Assembly (NCBI GenBank): GCA_004431415.1
Contig: QPMI01000626.1
Span: 186,001-250,000, forward strand
Reading direction: 5' to 3'
DNA length: 64,000 nt
From: Cyanophora paradoxa CCMP329
Lineage: Eukaryota > Plantae > Glaucophyta
The translations under genes were made by a program, and so were the position numbers. The notes under the pieces were generated by a model that saw nothing but the letters and a program-made list of their open reading frames with translations, searched no databases and was not told where the DNA came from. Position 1 is the first letter of the stretch, and every line of letters starts with the position of its first letter. Below, piece by piece: positions 59,110 through 64,000 of this stretch.

Positions 59110-62100
59110 CTAGCTGGTGCGAGAAAGGCGGGGGGTACAGCCTACAGTCCCGCGTAGTTGGCAGGCACGGCGGGCCGCTGGCTCCCCCCGGCGACTCCCC
59201 CCTGCGGAGCCCTGCAGAAATAATCGAAAGAGCCTAAGAACATAAAAAAGGGGAGCTGGATGGATGGCGCGGGGGTACCGGAGCGTCGCGAGGACGGACG
59301 AGATGACGTCATCGTCGAGTCCCAGCGTGAAGTCCATGTGGCCCATCTTGGGGAAGACCTGCGGCGGGGGGGGGGGTACGCATTCAGGGCGAGCCCGTGG
59401 GCGGCTGGGGCGGCGAAGGGGGTACACGGACGCGGAGGCGCGCGAGCTCGGGGTGGTGCTTCGAGAGGTACTCGTAGTGCCAGCGCGCGTCCTCCTGCGC
59501 AGGGGGGAGAAGCTGAGGGGGGTACGGGAAAACTGGGCTGAGAGCGAGGGGTACCACGGAGATCAGCCAGTCCTTCTCCCCCGCCAGAATGTCGACGGGG
59601 ACGTCGATCCTGGAGAGGTGGGGTACAAGATCATTCGGGAGTACAGGGACCGAAGAAGGGGGGGGGGGTAGGCGCACAGGTGGTACAGGCGGTCGAAGTT
59701 AAGGGGCTCCTTGGAGCCGTACTCCTTCAGGTTGCGCTTCGCCCCGAAGTCGTACGCCTGGGTTACAGGGTTAGAGAGAGGAAATTCGGGGTACGCAGGA
59801 GTCGGAAAGCAAAGAAAGCGAAGAGGAGAGGAAAGGGTGTCAGATTAAAACGGTGAAATCTCGACCCCAAGGAAGAGAGGTGGCCACGGGAGGGGCCCGC
59901 CCCTCTTAGTGATAGGGACAGTGCTCTGCGGAGCGATATGCTGCCAGGAGAATCAAGGGAGCTCAGCGCCCGGCTCTCAACGCCCGCAAAAAACAGCTGC
60001 CGCTTGCTAAGAATGCTGGCCCTAAGGAAGAGAGGTGGCCACGGGAGGGGCCCGCCCCTTTAGTGATAGGGACAGTGCTCTGCGGAGCGATATGCTGCCA
60101 GGAGAATCAAGGGAGCTCAGCGCCCGGCTCTCAACGCCCGCAAAAAACAGCTGCAGCGTGCTAAGAATGCTGGCCCTAAGGAAGAGAGGGGGCCACGGGA
60201 GGGGCCCGCCCCTCTTAGTGATAGGGACAGTGCTCTGCGGAGCGATATGCTGCCAGGAGAATCAAGGGAGCTCAGCGCCCGGCTCTCAACGCCCGCAAAA
60301 AACAGCTGCCGCTTGCTAAGAATGCTGGCCCTAAGGAAGAGAGGGGGCCACGGGAGGGGCCCGCCCCTCTTAGTGATAGGGACAGTGCTCTGCGGAGCGA
60401 TATGCTGCCAGGAGAATCAAGGGAGCTCAGCGCCCGGCTCTCAACGCCCGCAAAAAACAGCTGCAGCGTGCTAAGAATGCTGGCCCTAAGGAAGAGAGGG
60501 GGCCACGGGAGGGGCCCGCCCCTCTTAGTGATAGGGACACGATGCTCTGCGGAGCGATATGCTGCCAGGAGAATCAAGGGAGCTCAGCGCCCGGCTCTCA
60601 ACGCCCGCAAAAAACAGCTGCCGCGTGCTAAGAATGCTGGCCCTAAGGAAGAGAGGGGGCCACGGGAGGGGCCCGCCCCTCTTAGTGATAGGGACAGTGC
60701 TCTGCGGAGCGATATGCTGCCATGAGAATCAAGGGAGCTCAGCGCCCGGCTCTCAACGCCCGCAAAAAACAGCTGCCGCGTGCTAAGAATGCTGGCCCTA
60801 AGGAAGAGAGGGGGCCACGGGAGGGGCCCGCCCCTCTTAGTGATAGGGACAGTGCTCTGCGGAGCGATATGCTGCCATGAGAATCAAGGGAGCTCAGCGC
60901 CCGGCTCTCAACGCCCGCAAAAAACAGCTGCCGCGTGCTAAGAATGCTGGCCCTAAGGAAGAGAGGGGGCCACGGGAGGGGCCCGCCCCTCTTAGTGATA
61001 GGGACACGATGCTCTGCGGAGCGATATGCTGCCAGGAGAATCAAGGGAGCTCAGCGCCCGGCTCTCAACGCCCGCGAAAAACAGCTGCCGCGTGCTAAGA
61101 ATGCTGGCCCTAAGGAAGAGAGGGGGCCACGGGAGGGGCCCGCCCCTCTTAGTGATAGGGACAGTGCTCTGCGGAGCGATATGCTGCCAGGAGAATCAAG
61201 GGAGCTCAGCGCCCGGCTCTCAACGCCCGCGAAAAACGAGAGAAGAATCGGAAACAGAAGCTCGAAGGAGGAAACGAAACGAACGACGATACAAAGAAGA
61301 AGACGGGGGGTACCTGGAAGCGGTTGGAGCGCAGGATCTGGCAGCCGTGCCGGAAGACCTGCGGTACCCCCGTAAACACATCAGGCTGCGCCTCAGAAAA
61401 GAAGGGCGGCGGGGCCGACGCAGGGCGGCGAGGGCTGCAAGTGGCCGGGAGGCCTGGGAGAAGGGTGGCGGGGGAGGGATGGGCCGGGGCAGGCGCGCGC
61501 ACCCGGGAGGAGGGGGAGGAGTTCTGGTAGGAGAGCCAGTCGATGTGCCGGAAGGGCGAGCTCTGCGTGCGCCCCGCGTCAGAAACGAGACGAAGGCGCG
61601 AGCTTTGAAGGGCGAAGGTGCTGGGGAAAGGAATGCATCTAGGCGTCGTCGTCGTCGGGAGGCGTGCGCGTGCATCCCTCCGGTTTGGGAATGCGCCTAG
61701 GAATCGTCTAGGAACCGCCTAGGAAAGGCGCGAGCTCTGGAGGGGGAAGGTGCGAGGGGAAGAGAGAATGCGCCTGGCTCTACCTTCTAGGAATTCGTCT
61801 AGGAACGTCTAGGAACGGCCCGGCCCGGGGATCTGGCGCGCCTGCATCTCGCCGCTCAGAAAACGTCTAGGGGCCGCCCAGGAATTCATTAAAAGTGCGC
61901 CTAGGAACCGCCCAGGAATCTATCTGGCGGGCCTGCATCTCGCCTGGCTCTAGGAATGCGCTTGCATCTCGCCGCTCTAGGAATGCGCCTAGAAATGCGC
62001 CTAGGAATGCGACTAGGAACGGCCCGGCTTGGGGACCCGGCGCGCCTGCATCTCGCCGCGGAGGAACAAGGCGCCTAGGAATGTGCCTAGCTCCTCCTCC

Positions 62101-64000
62101 TAGCGGAGCGCGCCCCCGCATCTCGCCGGTCTAGTAATGCGCCCGCCTAGGAATGCCCGTCTAGTAATGCCCGGAATCGCCTGGCTCTAAGAATGCGCCT
62201 AGGAATGGGCCCGCCTAGGAACCGCCTGGTTCTAGGGATGCGTCTAGGAACCACCTAGGAATGCCCAGGAATGGCGCGCCTGCATCTCGCCCCCGAGGAA
62301 GAAGGCGGCGGCGTAGGCGAGGAGGTCCATCGCCGCCGGCATGTTCCGCACGTCCTGCCGGGCGGGGGTGGGGTGGAGTCAGGCGCCGCGCCGGGCCGGA
62401 GGGATGGGCGCGGCGGGGAGGGGCCTGCCTGGAGGAGCTTGATGAGGAGCGAGTGCACCGGCCCTGCGCCGGGGCGTTAGCCTGCGAGCCCTCGGGGGGG
62501 GGGGGGGGGGGGGGGGTGGGGGGTGGGGGGGGGGCAATCTCTCGGCGGCGCCGGTGGGAAGAGCGGTGGGAAGAGGGAGAGGCGAGGAGGGAGAGTGGGT
62601 GGGTGGGGGGGAAGAGGGAGAGGCGAGGAGGGAGGGGGAGGGCGGGTGGGAGGGGGGGAAACGAGTAGTGGGCGGCGGGGGGCGGGGGAGGGCGGACCGG
62701 TGGGGAGGGCGATGGCGTTGACGCGGCGAGCGACCAGCACCTCGAAGAGGTACCTGTGAGACGGCCGGCGGGCGTCGGGAGTCGGGCCGGGCCCAGCCGG
62801 GCCGGGTCGACGCGGCGCCCCAGCGGCGAGTGGGCGGCTCTCGAAGAACACTAGATGCGCTATCGGGACTCCGCACTCAGATCTGGATCCGAGCTATAGC
62901 GCTAGCCTGAGCCTGCTATTTAGCGCTGGGAATGGCGCCCTCGAACACTAGATGCGCTATCGGGACTCCGGCGGCTCGGGTCGCGCGGCACTCTGGACTC
63001 CTGGGGCCAGGGCGGGGCGGGGCGGGGCGCGCGAGCTAAGGAGGGCTAAGGCTAGTGCGCAAGTTAAGTGCGGGGGCGGGGCGGGGCGGGGCGGGGCGCA
63101 CGCGAGGGCGCGGAGGATGCGCGGGACGCCCCTGTGGTGCCCCGCCGGCGACAGCAGCAGCAGCTGCGGAGGCGGCGGGAGGTCAGAGAGACGTCGGGCG
63201 GACGTCAGCCAGACGGCGCCGGCGGCTCGAAGCGAGCTTCAATTAAGCTTTACTAAGCTTAAACATGAAGGAGACTCATAGGCGGGAAAGATGAATCGAC
63301 GTCCATAAAGATCCGGACCGGTTGGCCGTGGGAGGCTTAAAGGGGGCGAGACGGCTACAGACGGGAGGCTAGAGGGGCCCGGGGCGTCTCAGGCGGCTCG
63401 GATAAGAAGCTCAGGTCAGCGTTACGGGGCCGGGGCGCACGTGGGAGAGGTGGTGGGGTACGCCGCGCCGCCGCGCCGACATCACGTGCATGAGCAGCGC
63501 CGCCGCGCCCATCTGCGGCAGAGGGGCGTCAGGCGGGGCGGGTCGGAGCCTCGGGGGTCGGAGGAAGATAGGCGAAGAGGGCGCGGATGCGAGCGTGGGC
63601 GGGGCGTCGATCGGACTGGCGGGGCGGGGCGGGGCGGGGCCGTACTAGCCAGGGACCGGAGGGCCTCGCTAGTCCGGCCCCGCCCCGCCCCGCCCCTCCT
63701 AGCGGGGAGGAGGAGAGACGAGGGAGGAGAACGCGGGGGCGAGCTCGGGCGGGGCGGGGCGGGGCGGGGGGGGGGGGGGGGGGGCGGACGCACGCTGTGG
63801 GCGATGGCGGTGATCGTAAAGTCTGCCGGGCCCGGGGCCCCCGGAGCCGCCCCCGAGACCGCCGCCGGGGCCGCCGAACAGCCCGGCCCCGCCGACGCCG
63901 CTTCAGGGGACGAAGACGAAGACATCGGGGCCGAAGCCGGGCGGGACTCCGAAGGGGCGGAGGAGGCGGCGGCGGCGGCGGAGGCGGCGGCGGCGAGCGC
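59110..64000 (-). CDS. AB-hydrolase lipase (acid-lipase-like), multi-exon; 5' part probably beyond the window
   Basis: Spliced AIAHS|MG nucleophile, LLLLSPAG, F.AYDFG...N..EYG..EP, IDVPVDILAGEKD (catalytic Asp) and GHMDFT (catalytic His). Confidence 0.85.
59870..61235 (+). repeat. 155-157-bp satellite, about 8.8 copies, inside a lipase intron
   Basis: ggaagagagggggccacggg...gctaagaatgctggccctaa repeated almost identically between the exons ...SNRFQ and AYDFG... Confidence 0.95.
61690..62290 (+). repeat. Intronic CTAGGAA/CCTAGG-rich degenerate minisatellite
   Basis: Many ctaggaa(t/c) and gcgcctgcatctcgcc units. Confidence 0.8.

Noticed and set aside
59935-61375. Repeated ORFs (MLPGESRELSARL...) as a protein family
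   Set aside because: They are translations of the intronic satellite; the real gene is the minus-strand lipase.

Overview
The window is very GC-rich, intron-rich eukaryotic DNA (a protist or alga; I cannot name the species from sequence alone). It carries a complete, AT-richer 24,554-bp endogenous DNA virus at 33807-58360. The element has 906-bp terminal inverted repeats that look identical by eye and a 6-bp target-site duplication (CCCGCG). It is a Polinton-like virus encoding a double-jelly-roll major capsid protein, two head-to-head penton-like proteins, an A32-type packaging ATPase, a pPolB-like polymerase fused to an SF1 helicase and an HNH-like domain, and an rve integrase. I found no maturation protease. 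Its cargo is unusual: about 8 kb of phage-style fibre genes (C1q head, gp53/H-lectin-like heads, HxH and ATSGxYxDL repeats), a patatin phospholipase fused to a discoidin domain, a stand-alone prokaryotic-type S-adenosylmethionine decarboxylase, a tandem DUF5710-like protein, a zinc-finger gene inside each TIR, and a subterminal array of palindromic 31/32-bp repeats. Many viral genes are split by single missing bases in homopolymer runs, probably assembly errors. Host DNA contains a PHR2-like photolyase and GUCD1-like divergent pair, a Q-rich protein with an SHI-like zinc finger, a coiled-coil gene, an F-box gene and an AB-hydrolase lipase with a 155-bp satellite in one intron. It also contains a 2.5-kb inverted duplication, a perfect 66-bp hairpin, a TA-flanked MITE, a gag-like remnant and several minisatellites. 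All family calls come from motif recognition by eye, not from database searches.
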